NCBI GenBank assembly: GCA_964369175.1
Contig: CAYJEM010000013.1
Coordinates: 1-38,250, forward strand
DNA length: 38,250 nucleotides
Direction: 5' to 3'
DNA from: an uncultured Erysipelotrichales bacterium
Lineage (GTDB): Bacteria; Bacillota_I; Bacilli_A; Erysipelotrichales; Coprobacillaceae
Shown here: positions 10,176 to 17,981 of the stretch, in pieces
How the letters are laid out: each line of letters starts with the position of its first letter
Numbering within the stretch: the first letter of the stretch is position 1
Made by a program: the position numbers and the translations under genes
The notes under the pieces: generated by a model
What the model was told of the DNA's origin: nothing
What the model saw: the letters and a program-made list of their open reading frames with translations, nothing else
Database searches by the model: none

Positions 10176-10272
10176 TTCTTCCTATATAAAAACCCCAAAA
10201 AAGGAGACCATGAAATTATGTCATATATCTGCTTTTGAGGGGTTATATTTGTTTGTATGTAATTAATTTGTA

Positions 10273-11721
10273 CTAATCACGGTCATTAGCGATGCTTACT
10301 TTACGAATTCTTCCTTTAACAGGTTTTGTTTGTAAAGCTTTTAATACTAATTTTCCTTTACCGTTTAATATCTCTACAAAAGTAGAAATATCTTGTATTT
10401 CGATAATACCAATATCATCACCTGTCATGCCATCAATATTACAAAGTGTTCCAACAATATCAACTGCTCTCATCTTTGTTTTCTTTCCAGCATTAAGGTG
10501 TAGTTTGATTATATCTTTACTCACTTTTACCGTTTTACTTTCTTTGTATTCAAGTGGTGTATTCATTTTTTCTTTAAATGATAGCATTGCATCATTTACT
10601 TCATCAATGCTTGGTGCTTGAAAGTAATCAACATTATATTCTAGTTTAGCTTCAATTGCATCTACATATTTGTTTTGGTTTTTTTCAACTAATGTAAAAG
10701 CCATTCCTTCATTACCAATTCTACCACTACGTCCAATACGGTGAATATACGTATCACTTTTATAAGGAACATCATAGTTTATTACTAGTGAAATATTATC
10801 AATATCTAAACCACGACTAGCGACATCACTAGCAATTAAGTATCTAAATTTTCCTTTTTTATAATCTTTAATTACTTTAGTACGGTCTTCTTGTTCCATG
10901 CCACCATGTAATCTATTACATGAATATTTATTTCGTCTTAAGACAGCATATACATTATCAACTTCTTCTTTAGTGTTTGCAAAAATGATACATGTATCCG
11001 GGTTTGTAACTGTTGTTAAGTTAACTAATGTTTCTATTTTTTCTTCACTTGCCACTTTATAAAATGATTGCTTAATATGTTTTGTTGGAGTAACACCATC
11101 TTCAATTTCAATATGTACTGGATTATTCATGTATTGGTTTGAAATATTTTTTATTGTCTCTGGCATTGTTGCTGATAATAGTACTGTTGTACGATTACTT
11201 GGCAAGTAATCAATAATTGTTTCAACTTGGTCAATAAATCCCATAGCTAACATTTCATCTGCTTCATCAATAACTAAATAGTCGATATTTGAAACATCAA
11301 AAGTGTCACGTTGGATATGATCTAAAACTCTTCCTGGAGTACCTACTGTTATATGTGTTTTTTGTTTTAATGCTTTTGCTTGGTGTTGGAATGGAGATTT
11401 ACCAAATAATGCAGCAACTTTTAGTCTTTTAAATCGACCAATATTAAATGCTTCTTCTTGTACTTGCATTGCTAGTTCGCGTGTAGGTGTTAGTACTAAT
11501 ACTTGAGGCAATAATTGATCCCAATCAACAGCTTGGCAAAGTGGGATTAAAAATGATGCTGTTTTACCACTACCAGTCTTTGATTTTACTATGATATCTT
11601 TATTATCTAATAAGTAAGGTATAACCTTTGATTGTACACTTGTTGGTGATGTGTAATGTAATAACTCTAATGCTTTTTCTATTTGTTTATCTAGTTTGTA
11701 TTGTTTGAAATTTGTATTCAT
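10273..11721 (-). CDS. DEAD-box ATP-dependent RNA helicase with C-terminal DbpA/YxiN-type RNA-binding domain
   Basis: 482 aa with a Q-motif, a Walker A (TGSGKT) and DEAD (VIDEADEM), SAT and HRIGRSGR motifs, plus a C-terminal ~75 aa DbpA-like RBD. RBS gaaagaagga. Confidence 0.9.
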   Translation of the reverse strand: MNTNFKQYKLDKQIEKALELLHYTSPTSVQSKVIPYLLDNKDIIVKSKTGSGKTASFLIPLCQAVDWDQLLPQVLVLTPTRELAMQVQEEAFNIGRFKRLKVAALFGKSPFQHQAKALKQKTHITVGTPGRVLDHIQRDTFDVSNIDYLVIDEADEMLAMGFIDQVETIIDYLPSNRTTVLLSATMPETIKNISNQYMNNPVHIEIEDGVTPTKHIKQSFYKVASEEKIETLVNLTTVTNPDTCIIFANTKEEVDNVYAVLRRNKYSCNRLHGGMEQEDRTKVIKDYKKGKFRYLIASDVASRGLDIDNISLVINYDVPYKSDTYIHRIGRSGRIGNEGMAFTLVEKNQNKYVDAIEAKLEYNVDYFQAPSIDEVNDAMLSFKEKMNTPLEYKESKTVKVSKDIIKLHLNAGKKTKMRAVDIVGTLCNIDGMTGDDIGIIEIQDISTFVEILNGKGKLVLKALQTKPVKGRIRKVSIANDRD

Positions 11722-11787
11722 TTTATCCTTCTTTCTATAACGTTATCATCCTAGCACATATTATCTACAAATACTATAGCTATTGCT

Positions 11788-12069
11788 CTAGGATGTAAAA
11801 TATATACTGAAATGATGAAAAATCGTGGACATGAATGGAAAAATCGAGAGTAAAGACTCGCTGTTATGAGCTTTGCAATGTATTTTTATATCGACCTCTT
11901 TGATAAAACTAATAAGAACCTTCTTGTTTTCTTGTGGTAGTTTAAAAATATTATTTGTATCAATGATATATATAGCTGATTTTAAATCATTGTTTTTTAT
12001 ATCCATAAATATACAATCAGTCATTTGTACTTCGCCTTTGTATTTATTATGGACTACTATATTTAGCAT
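11788..12069 (-). CDS. Possible small hypothetical protein in an AT-rich spacer (start uncertain; alternative ATG at 12024)
   Basis: 93-codon ORF with protein-like charge composition. No clear SD and no recognisable motif. The overlapping +strand ORF 11873-12217 looks like antisense junk. Confidence 0.2.
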   Translation of the reverse strand: MLNIVVHNKYKGEVQMTDCIFMDIKNNDLKSAIYIIDTNNIFKLPQENKKVLISFIKEVDIKIHCKAHNSESLLSIFPFMSTIFHHFSIYFTS

Positions 12070-12139
12070 GCATAATTATAAATTAAATTATAGTAATTCC
12101 AATGTATTTATACCCATGTATATAGTTGAATTATGCATA

Positions 12140-12169
12140 TATTATTATATAGAGCTCTATATAATAATA
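12140..12169. promoter_or_regulatory. 30-bp perfect palindrome tattattatatagag|ctctatataataata, ending 16 nt upstream of the amidase start codon; candidate operator
   Basis: Exact reverse-complement symmetry read directly from the sequence. It is not followed by a T-run on either strand, so it is unlikely to be a terminator. Confidence 0.5.
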
Positions 12170-12185
12170 AGAAAGGAAGTAGAAA

Positions 12186-13139
12186 ATGGATTTAAATCAG
12201 TTGTATCTAACAAATAACGAATGTTATCAAGTTGGAGCAAAGATGAAACCAATAGGCGTTATGTGGCATTCAACAGGAGCAAATAACCCAACATTAAAAA
12301 GATATGTTGGACCAGATGATGGAAAATTAGGTAATAATCGATATGGTAATCACTGGAATCAATTTCGTCCTGATGGTCGACAAGTATGTGTGCATGGATT
12401 TATTGGAAGGCTGGAAAATGGAAATATTGCAACATATCAAACTTTACCATTTGATATGAAAGGATGGCATGCTGGGGGATCTGCTAATAATAATTATGTT
12501 GGATTTGAAATATGTGAAGATGGATTAGATGATATTTATTATTTTAATGCAGTATATCAAGAAGCTGTTGAATTTAGTGCTTTTATATGCAAGCAACAAG
12601 GGCTAGATCCACTCGCTGGAAATACAATTATCTGTCATAGTGATGGATATAAATTAGGAATTGCATCAAATCATAGTGATGTATATCATTGGTTTAATCG
12701 ATATGGAAAAACCATGGATAATGTACGTTTAGATATAAAAAATGCAATGAATCCAAAACCACCATTCCAAGTACGTGGACATATTCAAAATGAGGGCTGG
12801 CAGTCATGGCAAACAAGCATGGTTGGTACTATTGGAAAATCACTTAGATTAGAAGCATTACAATTTGATACCGAGCTATCACTAGGTAGAATCTTATTAC
12901 ATTTACAAGATGTTGGCTGGGTTGATTATACAGATATTAATAAGGATACGATTATCGGAAGTGTGAATCAAAGTAGAAGAATCGAGTGTATTGAAATAAC
13001 TTGTCCAAATATGGAGTATCGTGTTCATCAAGAAGGTATTGGTTGGACATCATGGACAAAAGCAGATGGTATCTCATCACTTGGAAGTGTAGGACAAGGG
13101 TTACGTTTAGAAGCAATCGAATTTCGATTTACAGACTAG
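12186..13139 (+). CDS. N-acetylmuramoyl-L-alanine amidase (Amidase_2/CwlA-like) with two C-terminal ChW cell-wall-binding repeats
   Basis: GVMWHSTGANN, GWHAGG...YVGFEICEDG and ICHSDG resemble CwlA zinc-amidase motifs. The two ~50 aa repeats (VRGHIQNEGWQSWQT...GKSLRLEALQF and YRVHQEGIGWTSWT...GQGLRLEAIEF) fit the ChW consensus. Confidence 0.8.
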   Translation: MDLNQLYLTNNECYQVGAKMKPIGVMWHSTGANNPTLKRYVGPDDGKLGNNRYGNHWNQFRPDGRQVCVHGFIGRLENGNIATYQTLPFDMKGWHAGGSANNNYVGFEICEDGLDDIYYFNAVYQEAVEFSAFICKQQGLDPLAGNTIICHSDGYKLGIASNHSDVYHWFNRYGKTMDNVRLDIKNAMNPKPPFQVRGHIQNEGWQSWQTSMVGTIGKSLRLEALQFDTELSLGRILLHLQDVGWVDYTDINKDTIIGSVNQSRRIECIEITCPNMEYRVHQEGIGWTSWTKADGISSLGSVGQGLRLEAIEFRFTD

Positions 13140-13141
13140 AA

Positions 13142-13166
13142 AAGGTGTAACCCTTTTCTTTTTATG
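13142..13166 (+). terminator. Rho-independent terminator after the amidase gene
   Basis: Stem gaaaagg/ccttttc with loop tgtaac, followed by TTTTTAT. Confidence 0.6.
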
Positions 13167-13207
13167 TTATACTTAGAGAAGTGATGGAATCATAGGAGGA
13201 TTAAGTA

Positions 13208-13909
13208 ATGGCAGTAATGTATCCAATTATAAAGAAATATATAGTTGATGAAATAAAAAACGGTAATTATACAGAAGAATCAATGCTTCCTGCAGAACGT
13301 GAATTTACAGACAGATTTCAAGTATCAAGGATGACAGTTCGTCGTGCTTTTGATGAGCTTATTCAAGATGGAATACTTATAAGAAAAAGTGGAACAGGTG
13401 TGTTTGTAGCACCGCAAAAGCAAACCAAATCATATGACAAACTTTCATTTAAAAATGATACTGAATTAATTGAAAAATATGGAAAGATAACTACAAAAGT
13501 AATTTCCTTAAAACTTGTAACAAACCATCAATTAGTTAATAAGTATTTAGAATTAGAAAATGATGAAGAAGTATATCAACTAAAAAGAGTTCAATATGGA
13601 GGGAATATCCCATTAGTGTATGAGAATATATTTTTACCAAAGAAGTACTTTAAAAATATTTTTAAAGTTGACTGTACTCAATCCATGCAAGAAATTATTA
13701 AAGAAACATTATTAGAAAAGAAACCACAACACAATATAATAGAAGTTGAAGCATCTAGTGTTTCAAGGTTGCTAGGAGCAACCCTTCAACTACCACAAGG
13801 AGCTATTATCATGAAACTAACAAATATTGTTATGAGTGAAGGTAAAGCAATTTATTTTGGGGTTGATAGCATTGATGGTAATAGATTTAAATATATATCA
13901 AAGAACTAA
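13208..13909 (+). CDS. GntR/HutC-subfamily transcriptional regulator (winged HTH plus UTRA effector domain)
   Basis: The N-terminus (LPAEREFTDRFQVSRMTVRRAFDELIQDGIL) is a GntR HTH. The C-terminal ~150 aa are UTRA-like. RBS aggagga. Confidence 0.85.
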   Translation: MAVMYPIIKKYIVDEIKNGNYTEESMLPAEREFTDRFQVSRMTVRRAFDELIQDGILIRKSGTGVFVAPQKQTKSYDKLSFKNDTELIEKYGKITTKVISLKLVTNHQLVNKYLELENDEEVYQLKRVQYGGNIPLVYENIFLPKKYFKNIFKVDCTQSMQEIIKETLLEKKPQHNIIEVEASSVSRLLGATLQLPQGAIIMKLTNIVMSEGKAIYFGVDSIDGNRFKYISKN

Positions 13910-13912
13910 CAG

Positions 13913-13962
13913 CATTGTCTATACAATGTTGTTTTTATTATTGCATCATTGTCTAGACAATG
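13913..13962. promoter_or_regulatory. Two dre-like palindromes (CATTGTCTATACAATG, and a perfect 16-mer CATTGTCTAGACAATG) 34 bp apart, 30-80 bp upstream of the methyltransferase operon
   Basis: The GT-N-TA-N-AC core matches HutC/NagR/DasR-type operators (ATTGGTCTAGACCA). They lie between the GntR gene and the first methyltransferase gene. Confidence 0.55.
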
Positions 13963-13992
13963 TTACAATAATGTTGTTGATAGGAGGATATT

Positions 13993-15354
13993 ATGAATAA
14001 AAAAGATATATTGTTGAAGTTATTAAATAAGGAAAAAGTTGAAATAATTCCATGGGTTCCTTTTGTTGGAGTACATGGAGGATTGTTAATAGACGCAGAC
14101 GCAACAATGGTATTACAAGATGAAGAAAAGTTGTATCAATCAATTATTAAAGCAAATCAATTATATAAACCATATGGTCAACCAGTAATCTTTGATTTAC
14201 AAGTAGAAGCAGAGATTTTAGGATGTGATTTGCGTTGGGCAAAAGATTCTCCACCTTCAGTTGTAAGTCATCCATTAAGTGGCAGTGAAGATATCGTTAT
14301 TCCTTGTATATGTACATTACCAAAAAAGACGGATGGTCGTTTACCAATGATTTTACGTGTCATGGAAAGAGTAAAAAAAGATATTGGTGAGACTACCGCA
14401 TTATATGGTCTGATTTGTGGTCCGTTTACCTTAGCTGCGCATTTACGTGGTAATGATATTTTTATGGATATGTATGATGATGAAGAACAAGTTATTGCTT
14501 TTTTAGATTATTGCGCTGAAGTTGCAAAGCTTATGGCTACTTATTACATAGAAGCAGGAATGGATGTAATTGCAGTTGTTGATCCACTTATTTCACAAAT
14601 TTCTTTGGATCATTTTGAATATTTTATGGAAAAACCTTTTACTGAACTATTTATGCATATTACAAACCAAAACAGGAAATCATCATTCTTTGTATGCGGG
14701 GATGCTACTCGAAATATTGAAGGAATGTGCAAAACAAAACCAGACTCAATATCTGTAGATGAAAATGTAAATATTATTAAAGCAAAAAAAGTTACGGATA
14801 AATATAATATTGTAATTGGAGGGAATATTCCGCTAACAACAACAATGTTACATGGTAGTCAGCATGATAATATGAAATATGTTGTGGATTTACTTGATAA
14901 CATGGAAAACCGAGATAAATTCGTATTATCACCTGGATGTGATATGCCTTATGCAACACCAATAAACAATGTTATTGGTGTAAGTCAAGCAGTTCTGGAG
15001 TTAGATAAAACAAGAAAAATGTTAACTGATTATATAAGTGTAAATGATGAAATAGATATAGAATTTCCTAATTATCAATCACTAGAAAAACCGTTGATTG
15101 AAGTATTTACTCTAGATTCTGCAACTTGTGCAGCATGTACATATATGATGGCAGCAGCTATGAACGCTAAAGCGATATTTGGTGATGAGATAGATGTTGT
15201 CGAATATAAATATACATTAAAAGAAAATATTGCTAGGGTAAAGAAAATGGGGGTTACAAATTTACCATCAATTTATATAAATGGCAAAATTGCGTTTAAA
15301 TCCATTGTACCCTCTAGTGGAGAATTGAATAATAAAATTAAAGAAGTTATATAA
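13993..15354 (+). CDS. MtaA/CmuA-family (UroD superfamily) methylcobamide:acceptor methyltransferase fused to a C-terminal thioredoxin_3-like CxxC domain
   Basis: Residues 1-345 align motif-by-motif with MtaA (VEAEILGC...PSVVSHPL, GPFTLAAHLRGNDIFM, EAGMDVIAVVDP, LSPGCDMPY). The HxC zinc motif reads FVCGD. The last ~100 aa (IEVFTLDSATCAACTYM...NLPSIYINGKI...SSGEL) resemble small redox-active disulfide protein 2. Confidence 0.8.
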   Translation: MNKKDILLKLLNKEKVEIIPWVPFVGVHGGLLIDADATMVLQDEEKLYQSIIKANQLYKPYGQPVIFDLQVEAEILGCDLRWAKDSPPSVVSHPLSGSEDIVIPCICTLPKKTDGRLPMILRVMERVKKDIGETTALYGLICGPFTLAAHLRGNDIFMDMYDDEEQVIAFLDYCAEVAKLMATYYIEAGMDVIAVVDPLISQISLDHFEYFMEKPFTELFMHITNQNRKSSFFVCGDATRNIEGMCKTKPDSISVDENVNIIKAKKVTDKYNIVIGGNIPLTTTMLHGSQHDNMKYVVDLLDNMENRDKFVLSPGCDMPYATPINNVIGVSQAVLELDKTRKMLTDYISVNDEIDIEFPNYQSLEKPLIEVFTLDSATCAACTYMMAAAMNAKAIFGDEIDVVEYKYTLKENIARVKKMGVTNLPSIYINGKIAFKSIVPSSGELNNKIKEVI

Positions 15355-15364
15355 GGAGAATAAC

Positions 15365-15994
15365 ATGGAAAAATTAGAAGAAATAAGTGATCTATTACAA
15401 CGAGGACGTGCTAAGCAAATAAATGCTGTAATTCAAGAAGCATTAGATGAAGGTGTTGAAGCAGATACAATATTAAAGGACGCCTTGCTTGCAGGAATGT
15501 CAATCGTTGGTGAAAAATTCCGTAATGATGAAGTATTTGTACCAGAGGTACTAGTTGCAGCAAGGGCGATGAACCGAGGTGTTGAGTATTTAAAAGACTA
15601 TTTATCAGGTGATGGAAATCAAAGCGTTGGTAAAGTAGTAATTGGTACCGTCAAAGGAGATTTACATGATATTGGTAAAAATCTTGTAAAAATCATGTTA
15701 GAAGGAAAAGGAATTGAAGTCATCGACTTAGGTACCGACGTAGAGGCAAAAACTTTTGTCGAAAAAGCAATTGAAAATGATGTCGATATTATTTGTTGTA
15801 GTGCCTTACTTACAACTACAATGCCAGAAATGAAAAAAGTAGTTGAATTAGTTAAAGAAAATAATCTAGATGTAAAAGTTATGATTGGCGGAGCACCAGT
15901 AAATCAAGAGTTTTGTGATGAAATACAAGCTGATTATTATACAGATGATGCGGCAAGTGCAGCAAATGTTGCTAGTGAAATATTAGGAGGGTAG
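15365..15994 (+). CDS. Corrinoid (B12)-binding protein, MtaC/MtbC/MttC-like
   Basis: The N-terminal helical cap is followed by a Rossmann B12-binding domain with a DxHxxG motif (GDLHDIGKN) and a GG motif further downstream. Confidence 0.85.
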   Translation: MEKLEEISDLLQRGRAKQINAVIQEALDEGVEADTILKDALLAGMSIVGEKFRNDEVFVPEVLVAARAMNRGVEYLKDYLSGDGNQSVGKVVIGTVKGDLHDIGKNLVKIMLEGKGIEVIDLGTDVEAKTFVEKAIENDVDIICCSALLTTTMPEMKKVVELVKENNLDVKVMIGGAPVNQEFCDEIQADYYTDDAASAANVASEILGG

Positions 15995-15997
15995 ACA

Positions 15998-17095
15998 ATG
16001 TTAACAGACGCAAAGAAACAACAGTTGGTTATAGATAGTGAAAAATGGTGGGAACATACTTTAGAAAGACCGCTTATGCAAGTAACCCTAAGCAAAGATG
16101 TATATGGAGAGGATTCATATGGATTATCACGTGGTAGGCTGCTAGAGATATTGTACGACCCAACAGTAGCTCCAAGAGACGTTGCTAAGCTATATCGTAA
16201 AGATTTAGAAAACAAAGAATATTATGGTGATGCATTTCCAGTTTTCTATATGCGTTCTACTGGAATACTTGGAGCAATGCTTGGCCAAGGATTTAATATT
16301 GACATGGAACATGGTACTGTCTGGTTTGAAGAATTAGAGGGGAAAGAGTTAGAAGATATTCATCCGGTACTAGATTCAAATAATTGGTTGTATGTACGTG
16401 GAAAAGAATTGATAGAAGCATTTGAAAATGAATTTAAAGATGAAATTGGAATTGGTATACCTAATCTTGGTGGAATGATGGATATTGTTGAATCTATGCG
16501 TGGAGCAAATAATTCTTTAATGGATTTATATGATGATCCAGAAGAAGTAATACGCTTAAATGATGATATTTACGCTGCTTATAAAAAAGCATATGATGAA
16601 TACATAAAAAACATAAATAATGATAAAATTTTGGGATATAGTGGATGGATTACATTGCTATCTCAAAAACCATACTTTATTTCACAATGTGATTTTTGTT
16701 GTATGATAGGTCCAGCACAATTTGATGAATTTGTATATGATACATTAGAAAAAGAAGCAAATCTAATTGAACGCTCATTTTATCATTTAGATGGTCCAGG
16801 TGCTGTGAAACATTTAGATCGTATTATTGAAGCAGGATTCGATGGAATTCAATGGATAAACGGTGCTGGCTCTAAACCATTAGATGATCCAAGGTGGGAT
16901 GATATTTATAAAAAAGTACATAAAGCTGGAAAACTGCTACAAGTGTATATTTATAACCAGAATGAATTAAAATATATAGATCATATTGTAAACCTACTTG
17001 GTACAACAAAAGGATTAGCATTTATTTGCGTTGGTAAAAAAGAAGAAAAAATTGCGTACCTTGAATATTTAGAAAAATATAATGTACCACTATGA
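15998..17095 (+). CDS. Divergent UroD-superfamily methyltransferase, candidate substrate:corrinoid methyltransferase (MT I)
   Basis: 365 aa with weak but recognisable UroD/MtaA-like blocks (GGMMDIVESMRGANNSLMDLYDDPEEV, FYHLDGPG, EAGFDGIQW). Its stop overlaps the next start (ATGA). Confidence 0.55.
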   Translation: MLTDAKKQQLVIDSEKWWEHTLERPLMQVTLSKDVYGEDSYGLSRGRLLEILYDPTVAPRDVAKLYRKDLENKEYYGDAFPVFYMRSTGILGAMLGQGFNIDMEHGTVWFEELEGKELEDIHPVLDSNNWLYVRGKELIEAFENEFKDEIGIGIPNLGGMMDIVESMRGANNSLMDLYDDPEEVIRLNDDIYAAYKKAYDEYIKNINNDKILGYSGWITLLSQKPYFISQCDFCCMIGPAQFDEFVYDTLEKEANLIERSFYHLDGPGAVKHLDRIIEAGFDGIQWINGAGSKPLDDPRWDDIYKKVHKAGKLLQVYIYNQNELKYIDHIVNLLGTTKGLAFICVGKKEEKIAYLEYLEKYNVPL

Positions 17096-17970
17096 TAGAT
17101 GTACACGTTATTACAGGATTTTTAGGTGCTGGTAAAACCACAATTATTAAGTCATTGTTAAAGCAAATGAAAGATAAGAAAGTAAATCTAATAATTAACG
17201 AATTTGGAAAAGAAAGTATTGATGATATATTACTAGAAAAACAAGCTAATTACTTAGAAAGCATTCATAATGGTTCAGTATTTTGTGCTTGTAAATTAGA
17301 AGACTTACGTCGCGCAATGGATGTAAGTCTAAAAAGAAATCCTGATATGATTATTATTGAAACTTCAGGTTTGACAAATCCAGAAAGTGTATATCATCTC
17401 TTAAATAAACATAATTATCCTCGGGTAAATAATTGCTATGTGACAACGATTGTAGATGGTAAGAATTTTCATAAAGTATTTAAGAATGTTCTTGCAGTTG
17501 AAAAGCAATTGGAGGTAGCTGACAATGTAATTATTAATAAATGGGATAATCAATACACAATTATAGATGAAATTAGTGAAGTGAACCCAAATGCAAAAAT
17601 CATACATACAACAAATGGTATTGAAAATGTGGTGTTACCTATATCAAAAGTAAAAAATATAATACATTCACAGGTAGGTGTTAAAGATTTAACAAATAGT
17701 AAGTATCTACTACAAATAGATCAAAAAGTAAAAATGAGCGAACTGATATCTTTTGTCGAATCGATATCAAAACGATGTATGCGAATTAAAGGAATTATAT
17801 CAATAGAGAATAAAAATTATCTAGTTGAAGCAGTGATGGAAGAATACTCGATTAAGGAAATAGATGCTAAATCTACAGGATTAGTTATTTTAGGGAAAAA
17901 TACATTATTATCTAAAAAGCAAGTACAACATATCATATTAAATCAAAAAATAGATATCTGTATTGTATAG
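17092..17970 (+). CDS. COG0523/CobW-like G3E-family P-loop GTPase (putative metallochaperone)
   Basis: Walker A VITGFLGAGKTT, a metal-binding CxC variant (VFCACK), and switch regions ETSG and NKWD. Confidence 0.75.
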   Translation: MIDVHVITGFLGAGKTTIIKSLLKQMKDKKVNLIINEFGKESIDDILLEKQANYLESIHNGSVFCACKLEDLRRAMDVSLKRNPDMIIIETSGLTNPESVYHLLNKHNYPRVNNCYVTTIVDGKNFHKVFKNVLAVEKQLEVADNVIINKWDNQYTIIDEISEVNPNAKIIHTTNGIENVVLPISKVKNIIHSQVGVKDLTNSKYLLQIDQKVKMSELISFVESISKRCMRIKGIISIENKNYLVEAVMEEYSIKEIDAKSTGLVILGKNTLLSKKQVQHIILNQKIDICIV

Positions 17971-17981
17971 GAAGGAAATAT

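Noticed and set aside
10082-12185. Possibility of a genomic island or prophage remnant inserted at ssrA (tmRNA)
   Set aside because: There is no integrase, no direct repeat of the ssrA 3' end, and no phage structural genes. Only a lone amidase and an AT-rich spacer are present. It is kept only as a context note under the palindrome finding.
11873-12217. 114-aa +strand ORF in the AT-rich spacer
   Set aside because: It is hydrophobic and low-complexity, like an antisense translation. It overlaps the well-supported amidase start and the 30-bp palindrome. It has no RBS.
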